The position numbers and the translations under genes are program-made. A stretch of DNA of 64,000 bases from Escherichia phage EK5. The notes below the pieces were generated by a model. That model was not told the origin of the DNA and ran no database searches. It worked only from the letters and a program-made list of their open reading frames with translations. The stretch lies in sequence record PQ805429.1; one strand, 5' to 3'. The number at the start of each line of letters is the position of its first letter. Within the stretch, counting starts at the first letter, position 1. Of the stretch, positions 33,851-43,764 are shown piece after piece.

Positions 33851-33906
33851 TTTATACTCCTTCTACATTATCAACAACACAAAAAGCCTCCCAACGGAGG
33901 CAAATA

Positions 33907-34539
33907 TTACTTACAATCACCAACGGACAGGTTAAACATCTTACCAAGAGCGATCGTCTCACCTTCCCACGGAAGTTCTACGCCCTTCTCTTCCTCTAAA
34001 AGAATAGAGCCGTCGACCAAAAATTTTTCGTAGTCTCGCAGTGCGTCGTCTACTAGCTCACTCTTGTGAATCCACGTAATTGTTTCTGTACCATCCTCTT
34101 CGATTCGAACATCACGATGCCATTCATCTTTGGAGGTAATGTAATCATGGAGCATTTCATATTCAGCTTCTTCAATCATCTCAATCATTGCGCGAGCATA
34201 ATCAGGGAGGTGATCATGTTTAGTAGATTCATATTCAACTACTTCCAGAGTAGAAGGCTTAGCCCGTGCAACTTCTTCAAGTACTTTTGAGCGATCTTTG
34301 TAGTAGTTCTCATATTTATCACCAATAGTACCGACTTGAAGTCCACGGTATTGTTCTACTAAACTCATCATATCTTTCTTCTCCGTAATAGTTGGTTTAA
34401 GAATACTTCCACTATATAAATCTTGTACAGCTAGTCCTGAAATATTTCCCATAGTTTCTAAATGCTGTAAGCTACAACCGGAGCGGCACAGCTGTGAATT
34501 GTACTCGTTAAGGTCCATCGCTTTGATTAAATTATTCAT
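33907..34539 (-). CDS. Hypothetical protein
   Basis: ORF with SD at the head of the leftward block. Confidence 0.4.
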   Translation of the reverse strand: MNNLIKAMDLNEYNSQLCRSGCSLQHLETMGNISGLAVQDLYSGSILKPTITEKKDMMSLVEQYRGLQVGTIGDKYENYYKDRSKVLEEVARAKPSTLEVVEYESTKHDHLPDYARAMIEMIEEAEYEMLHDYITSKDEWHRDVRIEEDGTETITWIHKSELVDDALRDYEKFLVDGSILLEEEKGVELPWEGETIALGKMFNLSVGDCK

Positions 34540-34786
34540 CCATCTCTCCCTTGCTATAATCTTTGTATGTTTCTACTTTGTAAGTGCGGAATGCTCTGAA
34601 GAAGAGCCAACCTAAGCTACTCACATCAATAGTAATATCGAAATCTGTTTCATCATCTAAGTCAACAAGTCGACCTAAACATGTAGCTTCCATCCCTTCT
34701 TCAGAGTCACTGTTGATTACGAAAGCGTATGTCTCTGTTCTGAACCGAGGCACCATCTCTGATAAAAAGTCTAATACTAAATTCAT
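34532..34786 (-). CDS. Hypothetical protein
   Basis: First ORF of the leftward block. Confidence 0.35.
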   Translation of the reverse strand: MNLVLDFLSEMVPRFRTETYAFVINSDSEEGMEATCLGRLVDLDDETDFDITIDVSSLGWLFFRAFRTYKVETYKDYSKGEMDE

Positions 34787-35891
34787 AATTCTTCTCCTCT
34801 GAATAAGAGTATAAAGGGCACATCATAAGACCTACCCGTAAAGGCCACCTCACATTAACACCCGTGAGAATACCTGTATTCATTTTCGTAGTCTTCTTCA
34901 GAGAAGCTACCGTATTCATCTTCTGTCATACATCCCTCTGATAAAGTTAAGACATAAAGGGGACGTCATCTTTGATGACTACTTCACATTAAGGCACCCC
35001 CATAAAGGCCATGTCACGTTAAGGCCTATCCATCCATGTGCTGTGTTTAAGCTTACCACATTTACTACATCTCCAAGTGGACTTATAAAAGGTGTGAACT
35101 CTTTCATCCCCGTAAGCTTTGCGTATCCGATAGTACTCATGATCACATTTGAATTGCTTAATGATTAACTTAATTTTCCACATAAGTTCTCTTTCAACCT
35201 TATATATAAGAGTTTAAAATTCTGATTTGACCGAGTGGGGCTAGCCGCTTCCCGCGCGTTTCCTAAAAAGGGGGAGTCCTCATTTAAAAAAGGGTTATTG
35301 GCAATGCCTTTACCTTCCCTTTCAACGTTCCACCTCTCCCCGTGCCTACTCCCCGTAATTATTCCCCCGTGTATACTACCCAATACATTAGCTACCCGTT
35401 TATTTAGTACCCCTTTAAAGAGTGAGAGAAAGGCTAGCACTGTATAAACTAGTACAGGCACAATCATAACAGGTCTAATAATACCCATAAGTAATAGTCG
35501 CAGCTCCCCATAGTTTGAGTGTAAATAGTTTCAATAGTAATGATTATGAGTGCAATAATGATGTATGTATTAATTAAGTGGAAAGATTATGTTTCTTTTA
35601 ATTGTTTCTTTTATTCTTTCCTTTTTCAGCGTACATGAGCGTAGCGAATGGTCTTTGATGTTTGAGTTAACTAATTATTTAAGTGGTATATTATTACCGC
35701 ACTATCTTGCATGTTTCCCCGTGGTCTGTCCTGCGGTTGTTGTATCCCCGTTTGTCCTGGTCTGTTGGTCTGTTACCCGTAGTGTTATAAAGTAACAATA
35801 AGAAGTAAGCTGATTCTCTGAGTATGGAAAGTTTAGCAAATTAAATTCCTTTAGTTTTCAGTGAGTTATAGGAAAGTTAGAAAATAAATGG

Positions 35892-35919
35892 TTGACAGCC
35901 TTTTCCTTTATTATATAGT
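35892..35919 (+). promoter_or_regulatory. Sigma70-type early promoter
   Basis: TTGACA, 16-nt spacer, TATAGT; about 45 nt upstream of the first rightward gene at 35964. Confidence 0.55.
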
Positions 35920-35963
35920 TGCGATTGTAGTTTGTAGTTTTCATCAACCATAAGGAATATCAA

Positions 35964-36836
35964 ATGTCTAAAGTAGCAATTAACCACTTGAACAAAGCAA
36001 ACGAAAGCCTTTCCTCTTTAGGCTTAACCGTTGGTAGTCCTGATGCGTGGATGGAAAACGAAAGTGCACGTAAAGGATTCAAAAACTCAATCATGTTGGC
36101 TTGCTTGATCATCAATTCTACTGCGAACGCTTTACAGTGTGAAGATGAAAGCACGTTCAAAGAGAACGGTTTTACCGATATGCAGGACGCTATTAATTGC
36201 TACATTCAGGCTAATTTAGATAGCTGGAATCAGAAAGATTGGCCTGAGTCGTGCCGTGATGTGAAAGCTGAATTATCCCGCTTGTCTGTCATGGTTGAAG
36301 CATGGAACAAGAAAAACAAGAAACAGCCAATCAAGCCTACTGTTGCAAGTAAGATTATGAAGTCTGTTAATCTGGCAAGTTATGCACTGGTTGCAGCTAT
36401 TGGTGTTAGTGCACTGGTCACATCTCTTTCTGATAAGGCTATCGCTAGTCCTACTCCTGCAACTGATGCCGCTGATGTTTTCGCTAGTTCCATCAATAAG
36501 GGTTGGATGATTTGCAACGGTGCGGATAGTGATGGAAGTACTATTGTATTAAAAATGAAGTTTAGCAACGTAACTAATGATGGCGTTCTCTTTCAGTCTA
36601 AGACACTAGACAATCAGCCTAACAATGATCTAGTTCTCAAGCGCACCGATAGTGACTCGGATATGGTTACATTTGGCACTGTACAACGTTACGAAGACGT
36701 TAAAGCTGTAACCAATCTAGTGAGTTATGGTCCGGTTAATGAGTCGATGATCGCCACTACCGTTTATAATAACGCTGATAACGCTGTTTATACCGTTCAC
36801 GTTAATTTAGCCAACTGCATTAAGGCTAGTAAGTAA
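35964..36836 (+). CDS. Early protein with central hydrophobic segment
   Basis: First gene after the promoter; predicted TM VNLASYALVAAIGVSALVTSL. Confidence 0.5.
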   Translation: MSKVAINHLNKANESLSSLGLTVGSPDAWMENESARKGFKNSIMLACLIINSTANALQCEDESTFKENGFTDMQDAINCYIQANLDSWNQKDWPESCRDVKAELSRLSVMVEAWNKKNKKQPIKPTVASKIMKSVNLASYALVAAIGVSALVTSLSDKAIASPTPATDAADVFASSINKGWMICNGADSDGSTIVLKMKFSNVTNDGVLFQSKTLDNQPNNDLVLKRTDSDSDMVTFGTVQRYEDVKAVTNLVSYGPVNESMIATTVYNNADNAVYTVHVNLANCIKASK

Positions 36837-36860
36837 ATAACCTATTTTGGGAGTGTAAAA

Positions 36861-37112
36861 ATGGCTATCAAAGAAATTAAGTTATCTAATGGCTTTTCTT
36901 GTTTTGTTGGTGGAAGCTCTATCCTGTTTAATACACTTGATGGTCAGATAATCTTGCCTGTTATCACTTTTTGCAGGATGGAATATCAGCCTCTTAAAGA
37001 TTGGCTAGCCTTTGCTGATTTCGAAATTACCCGCGATGATTTCAGATCAATCTATATTGACGGTGATTTGTCGCTGGCTAACCTGCTTAATCATGGTCTG
37101 ATTGGGGGATGA
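36861..37112 (+). CDS. Hypothetical early protein
   Basis: ORF with SD GGGAG. Confidence 0.4.
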   Translation: MAIKEIKLSNGFSCFVGGSSILFNTLDGQIILPVITFCRMEYQPLKDWLAFADFEITRDDFRSIYIDGDLSLANLLNHGLIGG

Positions 37113-37318
37113 TACCAATGGGAAATGAAACTATCGCGCTAATTGATACGCATAATTACGGTGGCGTTACGTTATCCTTTGATGAATCAGCCGACGTTGG
37201 CTATTTGTCTTTTCTTTCCAAAGGTGAGATACAAAATATACGCTTTCCTATTGTCTGTTTAGTGCAAGATTATATAACCGTTGGGAAGTATTTAGCCCAA
37301 CGCGGGATTCTCCTGTAG
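37109..37318 (+). CDS. Hypothetical early protein
   Basis: Start overlaps upstream stop. Confidence 0.4.
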   Translation: MIPMGNETIALIDTHNYGGVTLSFDESADVGYLSFLSKGEIQNIRFPIVCLVQDYITVGKYLAQRGILL

Positions 37319-37474
37319 CTGGAAGAAGTGGAACAGATTAGCGTAGCATTTTTTGGTGAGGATAGCAACCAATGATTCATGATTATTTTTGGCGTTGCTT
37401 GTTCGTTGTTACAGTGGCGTTATTCGTCGCTGATATGCTTTATTCTTACATTCTCTAACTAAAGGTTTATTATC

Positions 37475-37840
37475 ATGGGTGTTATCAAGTTTGTAGTGAA
37501 AGTATTTGTAGGCTTCTTTCTGGTTGTTCTCCTGTTAGGTGTCCTGCTGTCATCTATGGGTAGCGTTAAGGCTGCAACATTTTCCCCTGATACGGTTGAC
37601 GGTTTACAGTGCACCTATTTGATAGAAAACTATGAAACTGGTAAAAAGTCACCTAAAGTTATTATTTTACATGTGAATGATTTCGAACATGTACAATCAT
37701 ACGATAAAACTATTCAACTGGTAAATGAAACTACCGGTAAACAAATTACGGTGGATCACTTGATGCGCTCATCGTTGACGCTCTTTGATGAGTCCATGAA
37801 TGAAATGGCATCCGGTAACGGTCAATGTGTAAATCCATAG
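37475..37840 (+). CDS. Early membrane/secreted protein
   Basis: N-terminal hydrophobic segment FVGFFLVVLLLGVLLSSMGSVKA; terminator follows. Confidence 0.45.
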   Translation: MGVIKFVVKVFVGFFLVVLLLGVLLSSMGSVKAATFSPDTVDGLQCTYLIENYETGKKSPKVIILHVNDFEHVQSYDKTIQLVNETTGKQITVDHLMRSSLTLFDESMNEMASGNGQCVNP

Positions 37841-37915
37841 GCTTAATCTTTCTCCTGTATTGTGCCGTAGTCATGCCTATGGTCATAATTTATCTGATTC
37901 TCTAATCCTTCCTGT

Positions 37916-37945
37916 AAGCCTCCTAGTGAGGCTTTTCTCTTTTAT
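37916..37945 (+). terminator. Rho-independent terminator
   Basis: AAGCCTC-CTAGT-GAGGCTT hairpin followed by TTCTCTTTT. Confidence 0.6.
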
Positions 37946-38099
37946 GAGGTGATTGTATGCCTTACTCCCTTTTAGCTCGTTGTGATGCGTTTTAGGCCGC
38001 TAAATATCGCTTTACAAGCCGTTTTCTATGATGTATCGCGTGCGCCTGCTCTTTTACCTTCCTATAGTGAAAAAGTTTAAAATAATTTGCTTTACCCTA

Positions 38100-38127
38100 T
38101 TGCAACCTCATCTGATTAGCGTATACT
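38100..38127 (+). promoter_or_regulatory. Sigma70-type promoter in ORF-poor region
   Basis: TTGCAA, 16-nt spacer, TATACT. Confidence 0.45.
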
Positions 38128-38748
38128 TCATTTCATCGGGTACGATGTAAAACATACAAGGCAAGAAATTGCCCCGCTCTTTAAAAATATGATTTGTCTT
38201 ACGGGTGGCGGCGACGTCATTACTATAAGGCGCTCAGTTAATCGGTAGAATTGATTCCTGATTCATACGTGACGCAGGCGGACAATAAGCAATATCAATA
38301 AGCCTTATTTGTTCGATACTTTCAAAAGATTAATGCTTGAAAGCGCACTAGATTCCCTGAAAGACAAATCAGACTTATCATCTTGCCCTTTCGCATAGAT
38401 TCACGCGAGATAAGGGAAAGGAATTAAAAGAAGATGATAAAAAGAGTTGCAAACGTGGTTAAAGTAGTCCATACTAACCACAAGTTAGCAAAACATCGCT
38501 AACTAGTTCCCAAATCAACGTATCGCGGGAAAGGTGGCACATAGTGCAGCGATTAGTTCAGGTGTAGGCGGCCTGTTAATGAATCAGTAAGCCTTCAATG
38601 TGACAGTGATTAGCAGACACTTTAAAAGGCTAAACGCTCTTTAACAATATGAGTCATAAGTTAAGCCTCACCGCTTAATCTTCAATCAAATAAAGCTGAT
38701 TGATATATCCTCCCAATAGCGGGAACGACGAAAAAGATTAAAAAGCGG

Positions 38749-38777
38749 TTGACAGCGAAAACAACATGATTCATAAT
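38749..38777 (+). promoter_or_regulatory. Strong sigma70-type promoter with A-rich upstream element
   Basis: TTGACA, 17-nt spacer, CATAAT, preceded by AAAAAGATTAAAAAG; no ORF with SD within about 900 nt downstream. Confidence 0.55.
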
Positions 38778-39700
38778 GAGCACTCACTAAGCAAATCATC
38801 GCTTCAGTGAAAAGCGTAACAACGGCTAACAGTTGCATAGTGTGAGAAAGCACACTGATAGATTTACCGCTCTTTAATAATTTAAACATTCTCCTATATC
38901 GGTTGAATATGCTTGATGATAATAACCATCGGAAAGCATACCAGATAAAACGGCGTAAAACTCCCTAAATTATCAGGGTAAACAGTTTTACATTCCCTTA
39001 CTGGAAACGTCACCATTGATAAACGGATTCATTGAGTACACGCAAAGACTTGAGCTAATCGCCCACGGTTAAGGGTAGCGGCGGTCATTGCTAACACGGT
39101 GCTACAGTGAAAGAAGTTAATCAGGGTAGGCAATCCCGACGAATTAACGCTCAATTGAGAGCGGCGGGGAGTGGTTAAAAAGTGGCAAATTGCTATTTAA
39201 CAATAAGGTTTAGTGTGAACGTTTACAATGTGAACGGCTTGAGATTCATCTTATGATGAAAGTACATAGTCGGTTTATGTAGTAAACTTGCCGAAAGATA
39301 TAAAACGTCGGAACATTAGACGGTCAATGACTCTTTCGCAATAGTATCCCGTAGTGGGCGATGACTAGCGATTGAGAGTTGATATAAAAGGATAGGCGAG
39401 AGCGAAAGCAAAGTAAACGATATTGCCGACGGTTACAATAACGTAACTAATTAGAGTCGGACGCACTGCCTTATTGTGATGATTGATCATCGCTATCAGG
39501 TCGGCTTCGTTTATAGCGACTAATTAAAGATACCAGATGAAACATCACGGATAAGGGGGCGGCAAGGTTAACTCCTGATAAGACCGCCCCGCTTACCTAT
39601 AACTACTTAACAACGAGTGGTTATAGTTAAGTTAATAGTGACTTAAACAAGCTCATAGAGAGCGGGGCAATAGCGCCCTTACAATTGAAAGGTGAATATT

Positions 39701-40600
39701 ATGGCTAAAATCTTTACTCTGGTTAACGAATCCGGTTTTAATGCTCTGGCTAACAACATTCGCAGTAATAACGCGGCGATCAAACAAGATGTTTCTAACT
39801 TCCTGTTAGGTCATTTGCAGCACTTTCGTAGCAACGGTAAGAAGTTAGATGTATTGCAGGCGGCGGTTGACTTCCTGTTAACCGAACGTTTCCGCGATAT
39901 GGATGTTATTGCCACCGCGATTACTTTCTTAACTCCTATCAAGTTTAACACCGATGCGGCAAATGGTCGTAAAAAGTGGATTAATCTGGAAGGTGAGGCG
40001 AAAGCTAAAGAAGATGCGAAAGAAGCGCAAATTAAGGCCAAAATGGAACAAAACCGCGCTCGCTGGTCAAACGCTTTCGAAAACTTTGCATTAGGTCGTG
40101 CAATTGAAGTGGATAATCCTAACTTCTACAAAGGTTGCAATGACAACGTGGCGGCACACCTGCAAATTCCGGCGAAAAACAAGGAAGATTTTAATCAGGA
40201 TATTTACGCTTTGGTTGAACGCTTGAATGCAATCCGTATTGAAGCCAAATTACTGGCTGATGAGCGCAACGGCGCAACCAGCGATAACACTATCGCCCTG
40301 AGTGAAGAAGTTGGGAAGGTTAAAAAGTCCTTTGATTCACTCATCAAGAAAATCACGGCCTCGACGGTAGCGATCTCGGATGATTATCTGATGAACGCAT
40401 CAAGCAAGGAATTAGAATCACTCGATTCATACGCTGATGAAATGGAAAAGACTGTTGCAGCTATGCAGGAGAAGTTAGAAAGTCTGCGCGGTCGTATCTC
40501 TTCAACGGTTGCTACCCGTAGCGAACAAGCGGCGAAAGCAGAAGAGGAAGAAGTATTGCGTAAAGCGGCTGAAATTATGGCGGCACGTCAAGCGGCATAA
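39701..40600 (+). CDS. Hypothetical protein (about 300 aa, helical, C-terminal coiled coil)
   Basis: ATG 39701 with SD AAAGGTG; terminator follows. Confidence 0.5.
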   Translation: MAKIFTLVNESGFNALANNIRSNNAAIKQDVSNFLLGHLQHFRSNGKKLDVLQAAVDFLLTERFRDMDVIATAITFLTPIKFNTDAANGRKKWINLEGEAKAKEDAKEAQIKAKMEQNRARWSNAFENFALGRAIEVDNPNFYKGCNDNVAAHLQIPAKNKEDFNQDIYALVERLNAIRIEAKLLADERNGATSDNTIALSEEVGKVKKSFDSLIKKITASTVAISDDYLMNASSKELESLDSYADEMEKTVAAMQEKLESLRGRISSTVATRSEQAAKAEEEEVLRKAAEIMAARQAA

Positions 40601-40623
40601 GTAAGACAATTTAAATAAACATA

Positions 40624-40658
40624 AGGCGCTATCTTAACGGGTAGCGCCTTTTCTTTTA
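40624..40658 (+). terminator. Rho-independent terminator
   Basis: AGGCGCTA ... TAGCGCCT stem followed by TTTCTTTTAT. Confidence 0.6.
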
Positions 40659-40702
40659 TCAGTGCATTGATTCAGTGCATTAATCAAAGAATCTAATTAA
40701 AG

Positions 40703-40930
40703 GTGACGATCATGTTAATTACACATACCACGATCTATAGGAATCTTGTCAACGGTCAACATTACCGACTATCTAAAAAGTATGGCGTTGAATGTAAATG
40801 TGTTATTACCGGTGAATGGTATCCGTCGCCAATGAAGATTGAAACGTTGGAACGTGAAGCGATCAGCTATATTATCACGCAAGAAACAACGTTAGGTCGT
40901 ATCTTAAGAAAGTTGGGATTGAGAAAATGA
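40703..40930 (+). CDS. Hypothetical small protein
   Basis: SD AAAGGTGA before ATG. Confidence 0.4.
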   Translation: MTIMLITHTTIYRNLVNGQHYRLSKKYGVECKCVITGEWYPSPMKIETLEREAISYIITQETTLGRILRKLGLRK

Positions 40931-41151
40931 TATTCAGTAGCAATTTTGGCAAGTGTCCTATTTGTGAGAAACATCGCAGCACGGGAAACCATCGCAAATG
41001 TAGTAAGATATTACAGCGCCAACGTGATAACAAACATTGGGATACTGTACACACTAACCAGCGTAAAGAAGAAGTTAGGAAAATGGCTGTTAAAGCGTCA
41101 TTTGCTCAATCCACCCGTATTGAACACATTCAAAGGTATCAAGCATTATGA
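40927..41151 (+). CDS. Small Cys-containing protein (possible zinc-binding)
   Basis: CPICEKH ... HRKC; start overlaps upstream stop. Confidence 0.4.
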   Translation: MIFSSNFGKCPICEKHRSTGNHRKCSKILQRQRDNKHWDTVHTNQRKEEVRKMAVKASFAQSTRIEHIQRYQAL

Positions 41152-41357
41152 TCACTAACATTTCAGAATTTAAGAAAGCACCTTCCCGCTTGTTAGGCCG
41201 TCGTGTTGTATATCTTTACAGCAATAAAGGTAAATGTACAACTGGACGAATTACAACGGTGAGTAGTGCTAACAAGAAACTGTTAAAGTTATGCGTAGCT
41301 ATGGATGACGGTACAATCCTGCTACGCAGTTGGAAATCGTTTAGTTTACTAGATTAA
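41148..41357 (+). CDS. Hypothetical small protein
   Basis: Translationally coupled ORF. Confidence 0.4.
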   Translation: MITNISEFKKAPSRLLGRRVVYLYSNKGKCTTGRITTVSSANKKLLKLCVAMDDGTILLRSWKSFSLLD

Positions 41358-41426
41358 GTTATTTGTTCAAGCCTATCGCCTTGATGGGCTTGCCCGATAT
41401 AACTTATCACTGAAAGGAATAAGATT

Positions 41427-41870
41427 GTGGCTAAATCTAAAATCAGCATGAAGGGCGGGCGTTGTTTTGCTATCTCTGAACTAGAGAAAGAGAAACCGAA
41501 GGCAACTAATCACGTTAGTAAGCGTAGTTTAAAACGTCGTGCTGCAAAGGCTGAGGCTGAATCCCATGTTCCTTCCAGTGTGGCAAAGCGTGTAGGCCAT
41601 CGTGTCCATCGGGCTGATGCGTTGTTGTTGGCTGATCATAAACGTTCTTTGTTAAAGAGCGGGGGAGCTAAAACAGAAGAGGAGAAGAAGTTAGAAATCT
41701 TCTGTAATGGTCGCACCCGTGGTAAACAGAAGTTTAAAGGTAGCACGAAAGACCCGCAGGCTTTCCCTAAGACAAGCCAGTGTGCACCTGATGTTTTCTA
41801 CGCAGATAGTAAACACAAGTGGGGCGTTGAAAAATACATTGACCCCATCAAAGAGGCAAGGGTTAAGTAG
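41427..41870 (+). CDS. Basic K/R-rich protein
   Basis: K/R-rich composition; start may be ATG near 41448. Confidence 0.4.
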   Translation: MAKSKISMKGGRCFAISELEKEKPKATNHVSKRSLKRRAAKAEAESHVPSSVAKRVGHRVHRADALLLADHKRSLLKSGGAKTEEEKKLEIFCNGRTRGKQKFKGSTKDPQAFPKTSQCAPDVFYADSKHKWGVEKYIDPIKEARVK

Positions 41871-42087
41871 TAGGAATATAGCCCCCTCTTTTAGTACTAT
41901 GACGCTCTTTCTGTAGCGTCGTGCCCTCTCCCCATTTGAAGCTTCCGCATAGCCGCCTTTGAGCGGCTTTTTGCGTTGCTGTAAGTGCATTTGCGAGTGT
42001 ATTTATAGCAACGGTCATGTGTTGCTTTCAGGTTTGCCCCGGCTACGGCTGGGGCTTTTTTATGTCTACTGTATAGGAATCTATGAA

Positions 42088-42768
42088 ATGAAAGCAATTG
42101 TATTATCCTCAATCCTAGCTCTGTCCATAATGGCATCGCCTGTTTTTGCTAAAAGTGGAAACAATGGCAATGGCAATGGAGGTTGTGGTGTAGGTCAATC
42201 TACCAATGGTTGCGGTATCGGAGATTGGTTTAAAGGTGAAAAAGGTGATCAGGGAGAGAAAGGCGACACTGGCGCTAATGGCATTGATGGTAAAGATGGC
42301 ATTGATGGAGAACAAGGCGCTCAAGGTGAAAAAGGTGATTCTGGTGCAGATGGTAAGAAAGGCGAAACTGGCCTAACTGGTGCAGCAGGTTTGAATGGCG
42401 TTGACGGATTAAATGGCAAAAACGGTAAAGATGCAGATATGTCTGCCGTTAATGCTAACGCCAAATCCATCAAAGCTCTGGAACAATCCACCAATAAACG
42501 TTTTGCTTCTTTGCAAAAACAAGTAGACCGTAACCGTGATCATGCCTCTGCTGGTATTTCTGGCGTGGCTGCAATGGCTAACATCCCGCAAGTAAGTCAA
42601 GGATCTGCTTTCTCTGTTGGTGCTGGGGTAGGTGCTTACGATGGTGAATCTGCTCTTGCTATTGGTGTTAGTGCTCGTTTCAATGAAAACTTAGTAACTA
42701 AAGCATCAGTGGCAATGACTTCAGAGAGTGACGCTGTTCTGGGCGCTGGTGTAAGTTACGAGTGGTAA
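42088..42768 (+). CDS. Secreted collagen-repeat protein with YadA-like C-terminal anchor
   Basis: Signal peptide MKAIVLSSILALSIMASPVFA; Gly-X-Y repeats; C-terminus ISGVAAMANIP ... VGAGVGAYDGESALAIGVSARF ... GAGVSYEW; real start is internal to the listed 41959 ORF. Confidence 0.6.
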   Translation: MKAIVLSSILALSIMASPVFAKSGNNGNGNGGCGVGQSTNGCGIGDWFKGEKGDQGEKGDTGANGIDGKDGIDGEQGAQGEKGDSGADGKKGETGLTGAAGLNGVDGLNGKNGKDADMSAVNANAKSIKALEQSTNKRFASLQKQVDRNRDHASAGISGVAAMANIPQVSQGSAFSVGAGVGAYDGESALAIGVSARFNENLVTKASVAMTSESDAVLGAGVSYEW

Positions 42769-42785
42769 GATAGTGCCTCTCCCGA

Positions 42786-42812
42786 AAGGGAGGGGTGTTT
42801 CTATAAGCATCT
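42786..42812 (+). terminator. Rho-independent terminator
   Basis: CCTCTCCC-GAAA-GGGAGGGG hairpin followed by TGTTTCT. Confidence 0.55.
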
Positions 42813-42878
42813 TTTCGAGGGTGTTTATTGAAACAACAAAACAGGAGGTAGCAAGTTCTGATAACAACGGCACAGCTA

Positions 42879-43268
42879 ATGTTGACATTGACTATTTATT
42901 ATGAGGCAGGGAATCAGCCAACCGCATGTAAGGCTTTAGTTGCGGATACCGTGATAAATAGAATGGCCCAACGAAAACTGACCGCTGAACAGGTGATAAG
43001 ACAGAAGAACCAGTTTGAGTGGATTCCGGTACTATTAAAACAGGAGAAACCTTATAAACGTTATGTAAAGCTGATTCGTGATAAAAATCCGATGACTAAG
43101 CAAGCCATTGGAGAAAGCGAGCGACTTGCTAAACGTGCCCTTAAGAAGAATTATGTTCCGCTGTACAGTGGGACTTACTTTCAGAGTAAGAGCGAAGGGG
43201 TGCCAAAATGGTATGCCAATCCTATGTATTGTGGTGATTTAGTGTTCGATAATAGCTCTAGGGAATAA
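42879..43268 (+). CDS. SleB/CwlJ-like cell-wall hydrolase (Hydrolase_2-like)
   Basis: TIYYEAGNQPTACKALVADTVINRM ... QFEWIP resembles the SleB-family core. Confidence 0.45.
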   Translation: MLTLTIYYEAGNQPTACKALVADTVINRMAQRKLTAEQVIRQKNQFEWIPVLLKQEKPYKRYVKLIRDKNPMTKQAIGESERLAKRALKKNYVPLYSGTYFQSKSEGVPKWYANPMYCGDLVFDNSSRE

Positions 43269-43467
43269 TCACTAGTGCCAGATTTGACAAACTAAATTCC
43301 TTTATAAACCAACCACTTAGTAAATTTATCGAAAAAGATGGTAGTATTCTGGGACTATGGGTAATGCTCTGTATATAGACCCTTTGAAAATTTCTTAGAA
43401 AATAAGTTTACTAAATATAACTTACTTAAATAATATTACTTTTAATCTCTGATAAAGGGTAAATAAT

Positions 43468-43764
43468 ATGACTTTAGAAGTATATAAATTCCTTTTTGTA
43501 AGCTGTTTAACTATCAGCGTTCTAGGATTTATTGTTCTCAGAAACAAAGCAGCAAGCTGGGAAAGAATGTATAAATCCCTAGTTCGAGTGGATGAGATGT
43601 ATAACGAGAAGGTTAAAGTAACACTCAACGATCTTATTATGCAAGTTGAAGACAGAAACAAACGTCTTCAGAACCTCAATCATGAAGTGTTGCGACTTGC
43701 TCGTGCTAATGAAGACTTACGAGTGGCTATTGCTAAGCAGCAGGAGATTAACAGTGAAAGTTAA
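43468..43764 (+). CDS. Membrane-anchored coiled-coil protein
   Basis: N-terminal TM FLFVSCLTISVLGFIVL followed by coiled coil. Confidence 0.45.
   Translation: MTLEVYKFLFVSCLTISVLGFIVLRNKAASWERMYKSLVRVDEMYNEKVKVTLNDLIMQVEDRNKRLQNLNHEVLRLARANEDLRVAIAKQQEINSES

Noticed and set aside
33862-33870. TAATGTAGA and TAATATATA (20553-20561) variants as late promoters
   Set aside because: Both sit only about 12 nt upstream of the start codon, directly abutting the SD, so they are more likely AT-rich ribosome-binding context than promoter elements.
35165-35795. ORFs 35165..35488(-) and 35589..35795(+) in the divergent intergenic region
   Set aside because: Their sequences (for example PVVCPAVVVSPFVLVCW) are direct translations of the CCCCGT/GGTCTGT repeat tract; no convincing SD. 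The region is more likely non-coding, though a small membrane protein cannot be excluded.
41959-42087. Upstream extension of the YadA-like ORF (listed start 41959)
   Set aside because: The extension crosses a terminator hairpin (about 42035-42063) and is Cys-rich with no SD; the signal peptide begins at the internal ATG 42088, which has an SD.
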